From: Candidatus Alistipes avicola
GTDB taxonomy: Bacteria; Bacteroidota; Bacteroidia; Bacteroidales; Rikenellaceae
DNA: 64,000 nucleotides
Assembly (NCBI GenBank): GCA_019118565.1
Contig: DWYR01000012.1
Location: 13,323 to 77,322, forward strand
Reading direction: 5' to 3'
Part shown: positions 11,064-21,378 of the stretch, one piece after another
How the letters are laid out: each line of letters opens with the position of its first letter
Position numbering within the stretch: the first letter of the stretch is position 1
Notes under the pieces: model-generated
Database searches by the model: none
The model's input: the letters and a program-made list of their open reading frames with translations, nothing else
What the model was told of the DNA's origin: nothing
Translations under genes and position numbers: made by a program

Positions 11064-12261
11064 GATCAAAATCGGCCTGTTCGGCTTCGGCGTAATCGGG
11101 CAAGGCATCTTCCAGGTTCTCGAGAAGTCCCGGAACGCCCATGCGGAGATCGTCAAGATATGCGTCCGTTCGGCCTCGAAACCCCGCAGCATCGACCGCG
11201 CCTACTTCACGACCGATCCCGAAGAGATCCTCTCCTCACCGTCGATCGACCTGATCGTCGAGGTGATCGACGATGCGGCCGCCTCATACCGGATTGTAAA
11301 AAGTGCCCTGCAACGGGGCATTCCGGTCGTCTCGGGCAACAAGGCGATGCTCGCACGCCACCTCCCCGAACTGATCGACTTGCAACGCAAGCACAACGTG
11401 GCGCTGCTTTACGACGCATCGTCCTGCGGATCGATCCCCGTCATCCGCAATCTCGAAGAGTACTACGACAACGACCTGCTGCTCGAAGTAAAGGGTATCC
11501 TGAACGGCTCCTCGAACTACATTCTCTCACGGGTGTTCGACCACAACGAGAACTACGATGCCGCCCTGGCGCAGGCACAGGCGCTCGGATTCGCCGAAAG
11601 CGACCCTTCGTTCGACATCGAGGGCTACGACTCGCTCTTCAAACTGGTCATCATCACCGTCCATGCGCTGGGCGTTTACGTCCATCCCGACCGGATCTTC
11701 ACCTACGGCATCTCGACCATCCACGATTCGGACATCCAGTATGCCCGCGACAAGCGGTACAAGATCAAACTCGTGGCGCAGGTGGTCAAGGTGAGCGACC
11801 GCAAGTTCACCATGTTCGTCATGCCGGAGTTCGTCACCAAAAGCAAATACATCTACAGCGTCGACGACGAGTACAACGGCGTGGTGATCCGGGGCGAGTG
11901 CTACGACCGTCAGTTCATGTTCGGCAAGGGGGCCGGCAGTCTCCCGACCGCTTCGTCGATCCTGAGCGACATCATGGCCCGCCAGCACGACTATCGCTAC
12001 GAATACAAGAAACAACACTACCTGGACAAACCGGAGTATACGACCGACGTGGAGTTGAAGGTCTATGTCCGCTACGCAGAGACCGACGTACTACGAATTC
12101 TCCATTTCGAGCGCATCACCGAGCAATACCGGAGCGAGGAGTGCAACTACGTGATCGGCAACATCAAGCTTTCGGAGTTGATCGCCAAACGCCAAGCTCT
12201 CCGCAACAAAGATCTTTTTCTGGCCAACTTCCAGAGTTTCTTCAACGATCTGGACCGATAA
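11056..12261 (+). CDS. hom: Homoserine dehydrogenase
   Basis: 401-aa ORF with an N-terminal Rossmann motif (IGLFGFGVIGQG) and a central homoserine dehydrogenase-like region. It overlaps metX by 8 nt. Confidence 0.88.
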   Translation: MNKIKIGLFGFGVIGQGIFQVLEKSRNAHAEIVKICVRSASKPRSIDRAYFTTDPEEILSSPSIDLIVEVIDDAAASYRIVKSALQRGIPVVSGNKAMLARHLPELIDLQRKHNVALLYDASSCGSIPVIRNLEEYYDNDLLLEVKGILNGSSNYILSRVFDHNENYDAALAQAQALGFAESDPSFDIEGYDSLFKLVIITVHALGVYVHPDRIFTYGISTIHDSDIQYARDKRYKIKLVAQVVKVSDRKFTMFVMPEFVTKSKYIYSVDDEYNGVVIRGECYDRQFMFGKGAGSLPTASSILSDIMARQHDYRYEYKKQHYLDKPEYTTDVELKVYVRYAETDVLRILHFERITEQYRSEECNYVIGNIKLSELIAKRQALRNKDLFLANFQSFFNDLDR

Positions 12262-12301
12262 AAACGGAGAAAAAACGACACTCTGCACCATGCGGCGAAT
12301 C

Positions 12302-12336
12302 AAGAGGAGAATCCACAAAATTCTCCTCTTTTTTTT
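12302..12336 (+). terminator. Intrinsic terminator after hom
   Basis: AAGAGGAGAAT-7 nt loop-ATTCTCCTCTT forms an 11-bp stem that runs into a T8 tract. Confidence 0.8.
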
Positions 12337-12370
12337 ACAGCTATTTGTTGGTAACATAATCGTAAAGCTA

Positions 12371-12378
12371 TATCTTTG
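12371..12378 (+). promoter_or_regulatory. -7 box TATCTTTG for the hyd operon
   Basis: TAnnTTTG match. It overlaps the TTG that opens the tracked ORF, which argues for the ATG at 12418 as the real start. Confidence 0.5.
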
Positions 12379-12417
12379 CCGAAAACTTGGCAATTTATAA
12401 ATCACCTTCCATCTATT

Positions 12418-13866
12418 ATGTCACTTAGCAACAACGTAATGATCGTTCGGCACAAGCTGCTGACCAACTTGATAAAATTATGGAAAGAGGATCGTCTGGT
12501 CGAACATATCGACCGCCTGCCGATCGAACTCAGCCCCCGCCACTCTCGTGTGCTGGGGCGCTGCTGCATCCATAAGGAGCGCGCCGTTTGGAAATACAAA
12601 TCGCTGCCGCTGTTGGGACTGGACATGTCGGACGAAACCGACGAGCTGACACCACTGTCCGAATATGCCCGCCAGGCACTCGAACGCAAAGGCCGTACAC
12701 AAAAAGAGAATATTCTGTGCGTCATCGACGAGGCCTGCTCCTCCTGCGTACAGACCAATTACGAAATTACGAACCTCTGTAAGGGTTGTGTGGCCCGTGT
12801 CTGCGCTTCGAACTGTCCGAAGAACGCCATCGACTTCAACCGTGAGGGCAAAGCCGTGATCAACCACGACATATGCGTCAGCTGCGGTATCTGCCACAGC
12901 AGTTGTCCCTACCACGCTATCGTCTACATGCCCGTACCGTGCGAAGAGGCTTGTCCGGTGGGAGCTATCAGCAAGGACGAAAACGGCGTAGAGCATATCG
13001 ACGAGAACAAATGTATCTACTGCGGCAAATGTATCAACAGCTGCCCGTTCGGTGCCATCTTCGAGGTATCGCAGGTATTCGATGTACTACAGCGTCTGCG
13101 CGACGGCGAGAAAATGGTCGCTATCGTCGCTCCAGCCATCCTGGGTCAGTACAACATCTCTCCCGACAAAGTATATGGTGCCATTCTTCAGATCGGCTTC
13201 ACCGACCTGATCGAGGTGGCTCAGGGTGCCATGGAGACCATCCGCCACGAGGGAACCGAACTGGGCGAGAAACTCGCCGAAGGCCAGCCCTTCATGACCA
13301 CCTCCTGTTGCCCCTCCTATATCGAACTTACGCGCAAGCACATCCCGGAGATGCAGAAGTATGTATCCGACACCGGTTCGCCGATGTATTATGCAGCCCG
13401 CATCGCCAAGGAGAAATATCCCGATGCCAAGGTGGTCTTCATCGGTCCCTGCGTTGCCAAACGTAAAGAGGCCCGTCGCGACGAGTGCGTGGATTTTGTC
13501 CTGACCTTCGAGGAGGTCAATTCCATGTTCGACGGTCTGGGTATCGACGTGGCAACGACCGACCCGTTCGCCGTACCTTTCGTTTCGACGCAGGCTGCCC
13601 ACGGATTCGCTCAAAGCGGCGGTGTATTAGGAGCCGTACAACTCTTCCTGGCAGACAACCATCTGCCGGCCGTAAACGGTACCCAGGTGGCTAACCTGAA
13701 CAAGAAAAACGTATCGCTCCTGCGTGCCTATGCGAAGACCGGGAAGGCTCCTGTACAGTTCATCGAGGTGATGGCGTGCGAAGGCGGATGTATCACAGGA
13801 CCGAGCACCCACAGCCTGCATGATGTAGGTAAACGTCAGTTCGCCAAAGAGTTGGCAAAGCACTAA
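12418..13866 (+). CDS. hydA: [FeFe]-hydrogenase catalytic subunit with N-terminal ferredoxin-like FeS domains
   Basis: H-cluster signatures are present: TSCCPSY, GPCVAKRKE and MACEGGCITGP. There are two CxxCxxCxxxCP ferredoxin motifs. The start was moved from the TTG at 12376 to the ATG at 12418. Confidence 0.9.
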   Translation: MSLSNNVMIVRHKLLTNLIKLWKEDRLVEHIDRLPIELSPRHSRVLGRCCIHKERAVWKYKSLPLLGLDMSDETDELTPLSEYARQALERKGRTQKENILCVIDEACSSCVQTNYEITNLCKGCVARVCASNCPKNAIDFNREGKAVINHDICVSCGICHSSCPYHAIVYMPVPCEEACPVGAISKDENGVEHIDENKCIYCGKCINSCPFGAIFEVSQVFDVLQRLRDGEKMVAIVAPAILGQYNISPDKVYGAILQIGFTDLIEVAQGAMETIRHEGTELGEKLAEGQPFMTTSCCPSYIELTRKHIPEMQKYVSDTGSPMYYAARIAKEKYPDAKVVFIGPCVAKRKEARRDECVDFVLTFEEVNSMFDGLGIDVATTDPFAVPFVSTQAAHGFAQSGGVLGAVQLFLADNHLPAVNGTQVANLNKKNVSLLRAYAKTGKAPVQFIEVMACEGGCITGPSTHSLHDVGKRQFAKELAKH

Positions 13867-13876
13867 AACCTGGATC

Positions 13877-14920
13877 ATGAAAGAGCTTGTCGATCGGCTG
13901 AGACGGAATCAGGCTCTTCCCGCTGAAGAGCTCCGGCGGCTGCTGACCGACAACGATCCAACGATTCGAGAATATCTGCGCCGAAATGCCCAAGAGGTTG
14001 CTCTTGCGCATTTCGGCCGCGGAATTTTCATCCGAGGCCTGATCGAAATCAGCAATCGTTGTCGCAACGATTGTCGCTATTGCGGCATCCGACGCAGCAA
14101 CCGCCTCGCCACCCGTTACCGTCTCGACCGACAGACCGTTTTGGATTGCTGCGCAGAAGGGTATCGCCTGGGAATGCGCACCTTCGTCATGCAGGGGGGA
14201 GAAGATCCCGCCCTGACGGATGCCTTTTTAACAGATCTGGTCGGGGAGATTCATCGCCGATGGCCCGACTGTGCCATCACACTCTCGCTCGGAGAACGTT
14301 CCGAAGCCTCCTATCGCGCCCTTTTCGAAGCGGGAGCCAACCGCTATCTGTTGCGCCACGAAACCATTGATCCGGACCACTATCGTCTGCTCCATCCGGA
14401 GGAGATGTCCCTGGAGAACCGCGTTCAGTGTCTGCGGGCCCTGAAAAAGATCGGCTACCAGACCGGTACGGGAATCATGGTCGGTTCACCCGGTCAAACG
14501 CCAGACCTCATCGTAAAGGACCTGCAGTTCATCGCCGAATTCAAACCGCAAATGATCGGCATCGGTCCCTTCATTCCCCATCGGGACACCCCGTTCGGTC
14601 AGGAGCCGGCCGGCAGCGTCGAACTGACTGTCAAGTTGCTGTCGATTCTGCGGCTGCTTTGTCCATCGGCACTCATCCCGGCTACGACGGCTCTGGCAAC
14701 ACTCTCCGGCGACGGCCGGATCCTGGGTATCCAGGCCGGAGCAAACGTTGTCATGCCGAACCTGTCGCCTCCGGACGAACGTTCGAAATACAACCTCTAC
14801 AACGGCAAGGCAGCCTTCGGGTGTGAAGCGGCCGAGGGGTTGGATTCACTGGAAAGAGAATTGGAAAAAGTCGGTTACCACATCTCATGGGACCGAGGAG
14901 ATTATATAGAACAAGATTAA
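13877..14920 (+). CDS. hydE: [FeFe]-hydrogenase maturase HydE (radical SAM)
   Basis: 347-aa ORF with a CRNDCRYCG radical-SAM motif, located between hydA and hydG. Confidence 0.88.
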   Translation: MKELVDRLRRNQALPAEELRRLLTDNDPTIREYLRRNAQEVALAHFGRGIFIRGLIEISNRCRNDCRYCGIRRSNRLATRYRLDRQTVLDCCAEGYRLGMRTFVMQGGEDPALTDAFLTDLVGEIHRRWPDCAITLSLGERSEASYRALFEAGANRYLLRHETIDPDHYRLLHPEEMSLENRVQCLRALKKIGYQTGTGIMVGSPGQTPDLIVKDLQFIAEFKPQMIGIGPFIPHRDTPFGQEPAGSVELTVKLLSILRLLCPSALIPATTALATLSGDGRILGIQAGANVVMPNLSPPDERSKYNLYNGKAAFGCEAAEGLDSLERELEKVGYHISWDRGDYIEQD

Positions 14921-14933
14921 AAATTCATACCTT

Positions 14934-16352
14934 ATGTATCAAGCTGCATCCTCCGTTGCGGAGGAATTCATCCATGACGGTGAAATCGTCGATACGCTGG
15001 CCTATGCCCGCGAGAATCGTGCGAATCGTCCCCTGATCGAGGCGATCCTGCAAAAGGCAGCCGAAGGCAAGGGGGTCTCTCACCGCGAAGCGGCCGTCCT
15101 GCTCGAATGCGAGTTGCCGGACCTGAACGAACGGATGTTCGAACTGGCCCGCCAGATCAAACAGAAATTCTACGGTAACCGTATCGTGATGTTCGCCCCG
15201 CTCTATCTGTCGAACTACTGCATCAACGGCTGTGTATATTGCCCCTATCACAAGAAGAACAAGACCATTCCGCGCCGCAAGCTGACGCAGGACGAGATCC
15301 GTCGCGAAGTAACGGCACTACAGGATATGGGACACAAGCGTCTGGCCATCGAGGCGGGCGAAGACCCCGTAAACAACCCGATCGAGTATATTCTCGAGTC
15401 GATCAAGACGATCTATTCGGTACACCACAAGAACGGTTCGATCCGCCGCGTGAATGTCAATATCGCCGCCACGACCGTCGAGAATTACCGCAAACTGCGC
15501 GATGCCGGCATCGGCACCTATATCCTCTTCCAGGAGACCTACAACAAAGCCTCCTACGAGAAACTTCACCCGACCGGACCGAAGAGCGACTACGCCTACC
15601 ACACCGAAGCGATGGACCGCGCCATGGAGGGTGGTATCGACGATGTCGGCATCGGCGTTTTGTTCGGACTGAACACCTACCGGTATGACTTTGTCGGACT
15701 GCTTATGCATGCCGAGCACCTCGAGGCACGATTCGGTGTCGGTCCCCACACGATCAGCGTACCGCGTATCTGCCCGGCTGACGACATCGACACGAAGGAC
15801 TTCCCCGATGCAATTTCGGACGAGATCTTCCGTAAGATCGTCGCTACAATCCGTATCGCCGTTCCCTACACCGGCATGATCATCTCCACGCGTGAATCGC
15901 AACGTTCGCGTGAGCAGGTTCTCGAAATCGGTATTTCGCAAATCAGCGGCGGCTCGCGTACCAGCGTCGGCGGTTATGCCGGAACGACCCACGAGGAGTT
16001 GGATTCCGCCCAGTTCGACGTGAGTGACCACCGTACGCTGGACGAAGTGGTACGCTGGCTGCTTGAGTTGGGATATGTTCCGAGCTTCTGTACGGCCTGC
16101 TACCGTGCCGGACGTACGGGCGACCGCTTCATGTCGCTGGTCAAGACAGGTCAAATCGCAAATATCTGTACGCCGAATGCGCTGATGACCCTCAAAGAGT
16201 ATCTTGAGGACTACGCATCGCCCGAGACCAAGGCTATCGGTGAAAAGGTAATTGCCCGGGAGATTCCGGCCCTGCTCAACGAACGTGTCCGCAAGATCGT
16301 CGAGACGAACATCGAGGAAATTGCCCACGGCAAACGGGATTTCCGCCTGTAA
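14934..16352 (+). CDS. hydG: [FeFe]-hydrogenase maturase HydG (radical SAM tyrosine lyase)
   Basis: 472-aa ORF with a CINGCVYCPY motif and a C-terminal Cys-rich region (FCTACYR). Confidence 0.88.
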   Translation: MYQAASSVAEEFIHDGEIVDTLAYARENRANRPLIEAILQKAAEGKGVSHREAAVLLECELPDLNERMFELARQIKQKFYGNRIVMFAPLYLSNYCINGCVYCPYHKKNKTIPRRKLTQDEIRREVTALQDMGHKRLAIEAGEDPVNNPIEYILESIKTIYSVHHKNGSIRRVNVNIAATTVENYRKLRDAGIGTYILFQETYNKASYEKLHPTGPKSDYAYHTEAMDRAMEGGIDDVGIGVLFGLNTYRYDFVGLLMHAEHLEARFGVGPHTISVPRICPADDIDTKDFPDAISDEIFRKIVATIRIAVPYTGMIISTRESQRSREQVLEIGISQISGGSRTSVGGYAGTTHEELDSAQFDVSDHRTLDEVVRWLLELGYVPSFCTACYRAGRTGDRFMSLVKTGQIANICTPNALMTLKEYLEDYASPETKAIGEKVIAREIPALLNERVRKIVETNIEEIAHGKRDFRL

Positions 16353-16375
16353 TAACCCCTAAAAGGAACGAGACC

Positions 16376-17563
16376 ATGAATACGCCCACCCCTCGTGCCG
16401 AAAGGCTGCACATTGCATTTTTCGGCCGACGCAACAGCGGCAAGTCATCGCTCATCAACGCCCTGACCGGCCAACAAAGCGCCATCGTATCCGATACACC
16501 GGGGACGACGACCGACCCTGTCCTGAAAGCGATGGAGATCCACGGATTGGGTGCAACCGTGCTGATCGACACGCCGGGATTCGACGACGAAGGAGAGTTG
16601 GGAGCCAAACGCGTGGCCGAGACCCGCAAAATTCTGGACAAAACCGACCTGGCAGTCCTGTTGATTGCCAGCGAAACACCCTGTCCGGATGAGATCGACT
16701 GGTTCCGCCAACTGCAACAGCGAAATATCCCGACCGTTGTCGTGCGCAGCAAGGCCGACCGTGCCGACAACGACGAGTGCGAAACGAACTGGGAGCACCT
16801 GTTCGGACAGCGCCCCTTGCGTGTGAGCGCGACGAACAAGACGGGGCTCAGTGACCTGCGCGAAGCGTTGATTCGCAATCTTCCGGAGGATTACAACCAA
16901 CCCGAAATTACGGGTGAACTGGCATCGGCCGGCGATGTGGTAATGCTCGTCATGCCGCAGGACATTCAGGCCCCCAAGGGGCGTCTGATCCTGCCGCAGG
17001 TACAGACCATCCGCGAACTGCTCGACAAGAAGTGCCGCGTCGTATGCTGCACGACCGACCAGATCGAAGGGACGCTCGCCTCTCTGGCCGCAGCTCCGAA
17101 GCTGATCATCACCGATTCCCAGGTCTTCTCAACGGTCTATGCACTGAAACCGGCCGAAAGTCTGCTGACTTCGTTCTCAGTCCTCTTTGCCCGTTACAAA
17201 GGCGACATCGACTACTTCGTCGAAAGTGCCGCCGCAATCGGGCAGCTGACCGAAAACTCCCGTGTACTGATCGCCGAGGCCTGCACCCACGCCCCGTTGA
17301 CCGAGGACATCGGCCGTGAAAAAATTCCGGCCATGTTGCGCAAGCGCATCGGCAAGAACCTACAGGTGGAGATTGTCTCCGGCACGGACTTCCCGTCCGA
17401 TCTGACTCCCTACGATCTGGTAATCCACTGCGGAGCCTGCATGTTCAACCGCAGACACGTATTGAGCCGCGTGGCACAAGCCCGCACCCAACACGTTCCG
17501 ATGACCAACTACGGTGTCTCGATCGCCTATCTGCAAGGTATTCTGGACAAGATCGAATATTAA
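16376..17563 (+). CDS. hydF: [FeFe]-hydrogenase maturation GTPase HydF
   Basis: 395-aa ORF with a P-loop (GRRNSGKSSLINALTG) and a C-terminal Cys motif (HCGACM). Confidence 0.88.
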   Translation: MNTPTPRAERLHIAFFGRRNSGKSSLINALTGQQSAIVSDTPGTTTDPVLKAMEIHGLGATVLIDTPGFDDEGELGAKRVAETRKILDKTDLAVLLIASETPCPDEIDWFRQLQQRNIPTVVVRSKADRADNDECETNWEHLFGQRPLRVSATNKTGLSDLREALIRNLPEDYNQPEITGELASAGDVVMLVMPQDIQAPKGRLILPQVQTIRELLDKKCRVVCCTTDQIEGTLASLAAAPKLIITDSQVFSTVYALKPAESLLTSFSVLFARYKGDIDYFVESAAAIGQLTENSRVLIAEACTHAPLTEDIGREKIPAMLRKRIGKNLQVEIVSGTDFPSDLTPYDLVIHCGACMFNRRHVLSRVAQARTQHVPMTNYGVSIAYLQGILDKIEY

Positions 17564-17585
17564 AACATCGATACTCCTGTCATGA

Positions 17586-17621
17586 AACAGGTCCGAATCG
17601 AGAGTTCGATTCGGACCTGTT
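17586..17621. terminator. Bidirectional hairpin terminator between the convergent genes hydF and the DHOD-like gene
   Basis: 16-bp perfect stem AACAGGTCCGAATCGA-GAGT-TCGATTCGGACCTGTT. Confidence 0.75.
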
Positions 17622-17644
17622 CATTTATACTCTGTTCAGACCGG

Positions 17645-18628
17645 CTATTTGTTCCACGCCTCAGAGGGGAAATACTTCATGTACTGCACGCGCTGGAACA
17701 TGGCCGAAGTATCGTTCTTGAAGTTCAGGCGGCCGCGGAACTCATCGAGCGAACTGAATCCCTGCCGCTCGGCCCAACGATCAATGAATTCGTTCATCTC
17801 GGCAATGACTCCAAATCCCTTCTGGTGGATCGCCGTGCAGACCTGCACAGCCTCGGCCCCACACAAAAGCGCCTTGACGGCAGCCTCTCCGTCATGCACA
17901 CCCGTCGAAACGGAGAGATCCAACTGCGGCAGTACGGCCGAGCAGATTGCCACCATGCGGAGTACATTGCGCAGCTCCGTAGCTTCGCTGTAAGGCGAAC
18001 TCTCCACGAAAGTCATCCGCTCGATATCCACATCAGGTTCGAAGAAACGGTTGAAGAAGACCACACCGCGCGCCCCTTGTCCGAGCAGCGTACTGGAGAG
18101 AGCAAATACGTTGGTTATACGCATCGGAAGTTTTACCGAGACGGGGATTTTCACCGCCTTGGCAACACGCCGCACGATCCGGGCATAACTCTGCTCCAGA
18201 TCACGCGCCGAAGCATGAATATCGGTCGGCTGGATAAAGACATTCAATTCGAGCGCCGAAGCTCCGGCCTGTGCCATCAACGAGGCATACTCGATCCAAT
18301 CCCCGTCGTCGGCCACACAGTTGATGCTGGCAATGATCGGAATTTTGGTTTTGGCACGGGCATCGCTCACCAGCTGCAGGAATCCGGACTTATAGTCATC
18401 GCCCAAATATCGCTGGAGATAGACATCCGCATCGCCATAGGCCGACTCGGAGACAGCACCCAGCGCGGTGGCATGATGCAGGATCTGTTCTTCGAAGATA
18501 GACTTTAACACGACGGCACCGGCTCCGCTGGCGGCACATTGCTCGATGTTTTTCAGAGTAGCCGTATACGGTGAGCTGCTCACGATGATCGGACTCGAAA
18601 GGTCGAATCCCAGGTATTTTGCTCGCAT
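17645..18628 (-). CDS. Dihydroorotate dehydrogenase-like TIM-barrel flavoprotein (class-1-like, exact function unclear)
   Basis: The tracked ORF was trimmed to MRAKYLGFDLSSPIIVSSSP.... It shows family-like motifs (VVLKS, ALELN, VKLP, GGV.. region). The upstream extension is low-complexity and runs into a tRNA. Confidence 0.75.
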   Translation of the reverse strand: MRAKYLGFDLSSPIIVSSSPYTATLKNIEQCAASGAGAVVLKSIFEEQILHHATALGAVSESAYGDADVYLQRYLGDDYKSGFLQLVSDARAKTKIPIIASINCVADDGDWIEYASLMAQAGASALELNVFIQPTDIHASARDLEQSYARIVRRVAKAVKIPVSVKLPMRITNVFALSSTLLGQGARGVVFFNRFFEPDVDIERMTFVESSPYSEATELRNVLRMVAICSAVLPQLDLSVSTGVHDGEAAVKALLCGAEAVQVCTAIHQKGFGVIAEMNEFIDRWAERQGFSSLDEFRGRLNFKNDTSAMFQRVQYMKYFPSEAWNK

Positions 18629-18891
18629 TGTTTCTACATGGTTTAATCGTACATCCCCGATGATCGGGGCTATCGCCCAATTATTGCGAAATATAACAAA
18701 ATTTATTCTCTTTTTCAAATTTCGGATCAGGAATCGGCATCCTCCGCTCCGCTTGTCCTTACCTTGACATAAATTCGCCCGGCAAAACACCTTCAAGCAA
18801 GGCGGATGCACCGACAAATGCCCCAAAAAGTTTCGAAGACAAAGGCGATACCTAACAAAAGACAGTCGCAGATTCGAGCGACTGTCTTCCG

Positions 18892-18965
<74 letters not shown>

Positions 18966-19168
18966 TTCACTACGGATATAAAATCCGACGCGGGGACAAA
19001 ATTAGGAAAAACGACTGGATTCTCAAAATAAAACATCATTTTTTCATAAAAAGGAAAATCCGGGTCCAATCGAGTTTCAGGAACGAAATCCGGATGCGGT
19101 ATCCCGATCCGCCGCCGCCTCGACAGAAATATTTTCAACCCGGATGCTGAAAAACGAGAAAAAATTAC

Positions 19169-19176
19169 TACCTTTG
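19169..19176 (+). promoter_or_regulatory. -7 box TACCTTTG for rpmE2
   Basis: TAnnTTTG match about 38 nt upstream of the ATG. Confidence 0.5.
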
Positions 19177-19213
19177 CTCCGCTTAAGCATTTTTAACAAA
19201 CAAAACAAACGAA

Positions 19214-19480
19214 ATGAAACCAGGTATTCACCCCGAAAATTATCGTTTAGTGGCATTCAAAGACATGTCGAATGGCCACGTGTTTTTGTGCAGGTCCGCC
19301 GTTTCGACAAAAGAAACCATCGAAGTGAACGGCGAAACCTATCCCGTGTATAAGATGGAAATTTCCAACACCTCTCACCCGTTCTACACCGGTAAGATGA
19401 AGTTGGTTGACACCGCTGGTCGCGTCGATAAGTTTATGAGCCGCTACGCAAAACGCTACGATAAAAAAGCTGGCAAATAA
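19214..19480 (+). CDS. rpmE2: 50S ribosomal protein L31, type B
   Basis: 88-aa ORF: MKPGIHPENY...SNTSHPFYTGK. It lacks the CxxC zinc motif of type A. Confidence 0.92.
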   Translation: MKPGIHPENYRLVAFKDMSNGHVFLCRSAVSTKETIEVNGETYPVYKMEISNTSHPFYTGKMKLVDTAGRVDKFMSRYAKRYDKKAGK

Positions 19481-19510
19481 TCCGGAGGATTGTTCGTCAC
19501 TTCAAAATAA

Positions 19511-19546
19511 AAAAGGGCTGTCCGTCGGACAAGTCCTTTTTTATTT
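19511..19546 (+). terminator. Intrinsic terminator after rpmE2
   Basis: Hairpin AAAAGGGCTGTCC-GTC-GGACAAGTCCTTTT followed by TTATTTT. Confidence 0.55.
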
Positions 19547-19650
19547 TCCTCATCAGGAACAGGAACTACTTCCTCCGACGCAAAATAATTTGCGGGATCG
19601 AGACGCATTGCTTACCTTTGTGAAATCAGAACAAACGAACTATAACAGAG

Positions 19651-20019
19651 ATGGAATTTGAAGGTATTGTAGTTAAGATACTGCCGCCACAGCAAGGAAC
19701 TTCGGCTCGCGGCGAATGGCAGCGCCAGGAGGTGATTTTCGAACAACCGTCCGAGTTCTCCCGCAAAATCTGCGTCACCTTCTTCAACAAACCGAGCGAA
19801 GTGGCCAAACTTCGTGAAGGAGCCGCCTATATCGTATCGGCCAACGTCGAGTCCCGTGAATACAACGGACGCTGGTACACCGATGTGCGGGCATGGAGAA
19901 TCCAGCCCAAAGAGAACCAAGCACAACCGGTTACACCGCAGATGCCGGAAGCAGCCCCCTTTGAGGAGCCAGCCTATTCGACCACTCCTGCATCGGAGGT
20001 TGATGATCTTCCTTTCTAA
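19651..20019 (+). CDS. DUF3127-like small OB-fold protein
   Basis: 122-aa ORF: MEFEGIVVKILPPQQGTSARGEWQRQEVIFE...NGRWYTDVRAWRI. This is typical of the conserved Bacteroidetes DUF3127 family. The family was recognised from memory, not from a search. Confidence 0.7.
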   Translation: MEFEGIVVKILPPQQGTSARGEWQRQEVIFEQPSEFSRKICVTFFNKPSEVAKLREGAAYIVSANVESREYNGRWYTDVRAWRIQPKENQAQPVTPQMPEAAPFEEPAYSTTPASEVDDLPF

Positions 20020-20045
20020 CAAAGGGAAACTCAATGAAAAAGAGC

Positions 20046-20081
20046 GAACCCGACGGGGTTCGCTCTTTTTTACTTCAAGGA
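20046..20081. terminator. Bidirectional terminator between convergent genes
   Basis: AGAGCGAACCC-GACG-GGGTTCGCTCT flanked by A5 and T6. Confidence 0.75.
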
Positions 20082-20086
20082 GAGAC

Positions 20087-21199
20087 CTACTCTGCAACGA
20101 CCTTAACAGCAGGCGTCACATCGGCAGCCTTTACCTCAACATTCGTCGAATCGCTGTTTTCCACATAAGGAATCACGTCAAGAACCTCAATCTCGAACTT
20201 CAACGCCTCATTGGCCGGAATCATCCGATTCATGCCGCGCCCCCCATAAGCCAGTTCGGAAGGAATCCACAAGGTAATCTTACCACCTTTTCCTACGAGC
20301 ATCAAACCCTCGGTCCATCCTTTTATCACACGGTTGAGAGCCGTCGGGAAGGGCTTATCCTCTTTCGAAGCGATTTCAGGATCCTCCAGCAGCATTCTCT
20401 CTTTCACCTCTTCAGGCTTGTTTTCGAAACGCGAACTGTCGAAAACATCGCCCTTATGATTGATTCCGATATAATGTACCATGACCGTATCACGGGGATC
20501 CTTGGCCATAACCGTCTCATCTCCCTTCTCCTCTATTTTATAGAGCAAGCCTGAGTCGGTTTTCTGAACACCGGGTTCCTTCTCAATTTTAGCAAGCCAC
20601 TCCTCGCACTCTTTCTTGTTTCTCTCCGGAAGGACTACCATAAAGTAATGTCTCAGGAAATTGAGGCACTCATCATGCGTCATGCGAGGATTCCCCCCTT
20701 CTCCGTAATTGTCAAGAATACCTTCGTTGAACCAATAGATCTGAATCGGCTGATCCTGCTTGGTAAGCAGATTGTTACCCATATCCACACCGAATGCATA
20801 CGAGAAATTCTGACGCTCCTGCACGCTTTCGAACATGATCGTATCGACACTCGGCTCAGGCAATCCTGCTTGTTTACTCTCTGCACGACTCTTTCGAAGG
20901 ATGCTGAGACGCTCCTGATATTTCGAACTGAAAAAAGACTCGAGCTCTTTCAGGGCCTCTTCATGGGTCATGCTGGCTTTTCCAAGTGCGCCCTCCTCAA
21001 TACCTTTAGTTACCTCTGCCATATCGAAGGGAATATCCCCCATCGAGTGAAACATTCCGAATCCGATATCACTACCGAACGCATACGAAAGGGTATCGAG
21101 CTGCGATTTGTCACCTTTCGTAATCAAGCCGTTCTTGCTCGTACAAGAGGCGAGAACTACGGCACACACAAGTGCCAGAAGATACAAAGTTCTTTTCAT
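20087..21199 (-). CDS. FKBP-type peptidyl-prolyl cis-trans isomerase, lipoprotein (Mip/FkpA-like)
   Basis: The ORF was trimmed to MKRTLYLLALVCAVVLASCTS (lipobox). The C-terminal FKBP domain contains VMVHYIG...DVFDSS and ITLWIPSELAYG. Confidence 0.88.
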   Translation of the reverse strand: MKRTLYLLALVCAVVLASCTSKNGLITKGDKSQLDTLSYAFGSDIGFGMFHSMGDIPFDMAEVTKGIEEGALGKASMTHEEALKELESFFSSKYQERLSILRKSRAESKQAGLPEPSVDTIMFESVQERQNFSYAFGVDMGNNLLTKQDQPIQIYWFNEGILDNYGEGGNPRMTHDECLNFLRHYFMVVLPERNKKECEEWLAKIEKEPGVQKTDSGLLYKIEEKGDETVMAKDPRDTVMVHYIGINHKGDVFDSSRFENKPEEVKERMLLEDPEIASKEDKPFPTALNRVIKGWTEGLMLVGKGGKITLWIPSELAYGGRGMNRMIPANEALKFEIEVLDVIPYVENSDSTNVEVKAADVTPAVKVVAE

Positions 21200-21378
21200 T
21201 GTGTTTGAAATATTAATTTGAATTATCTGCATTTTTTCTCCACGATGCTGCAAAGATAAACGAAAGTCGATGCCTTCGTTCATTTTTTTTCTTTTTCTAA
21301 AAAACAGGGCTCGATTCTTCACTTTTTGAAGTTTCCGACTTCGGCTCGCCTCTTTCGATCAAGTCTCTACAGGAGAAA

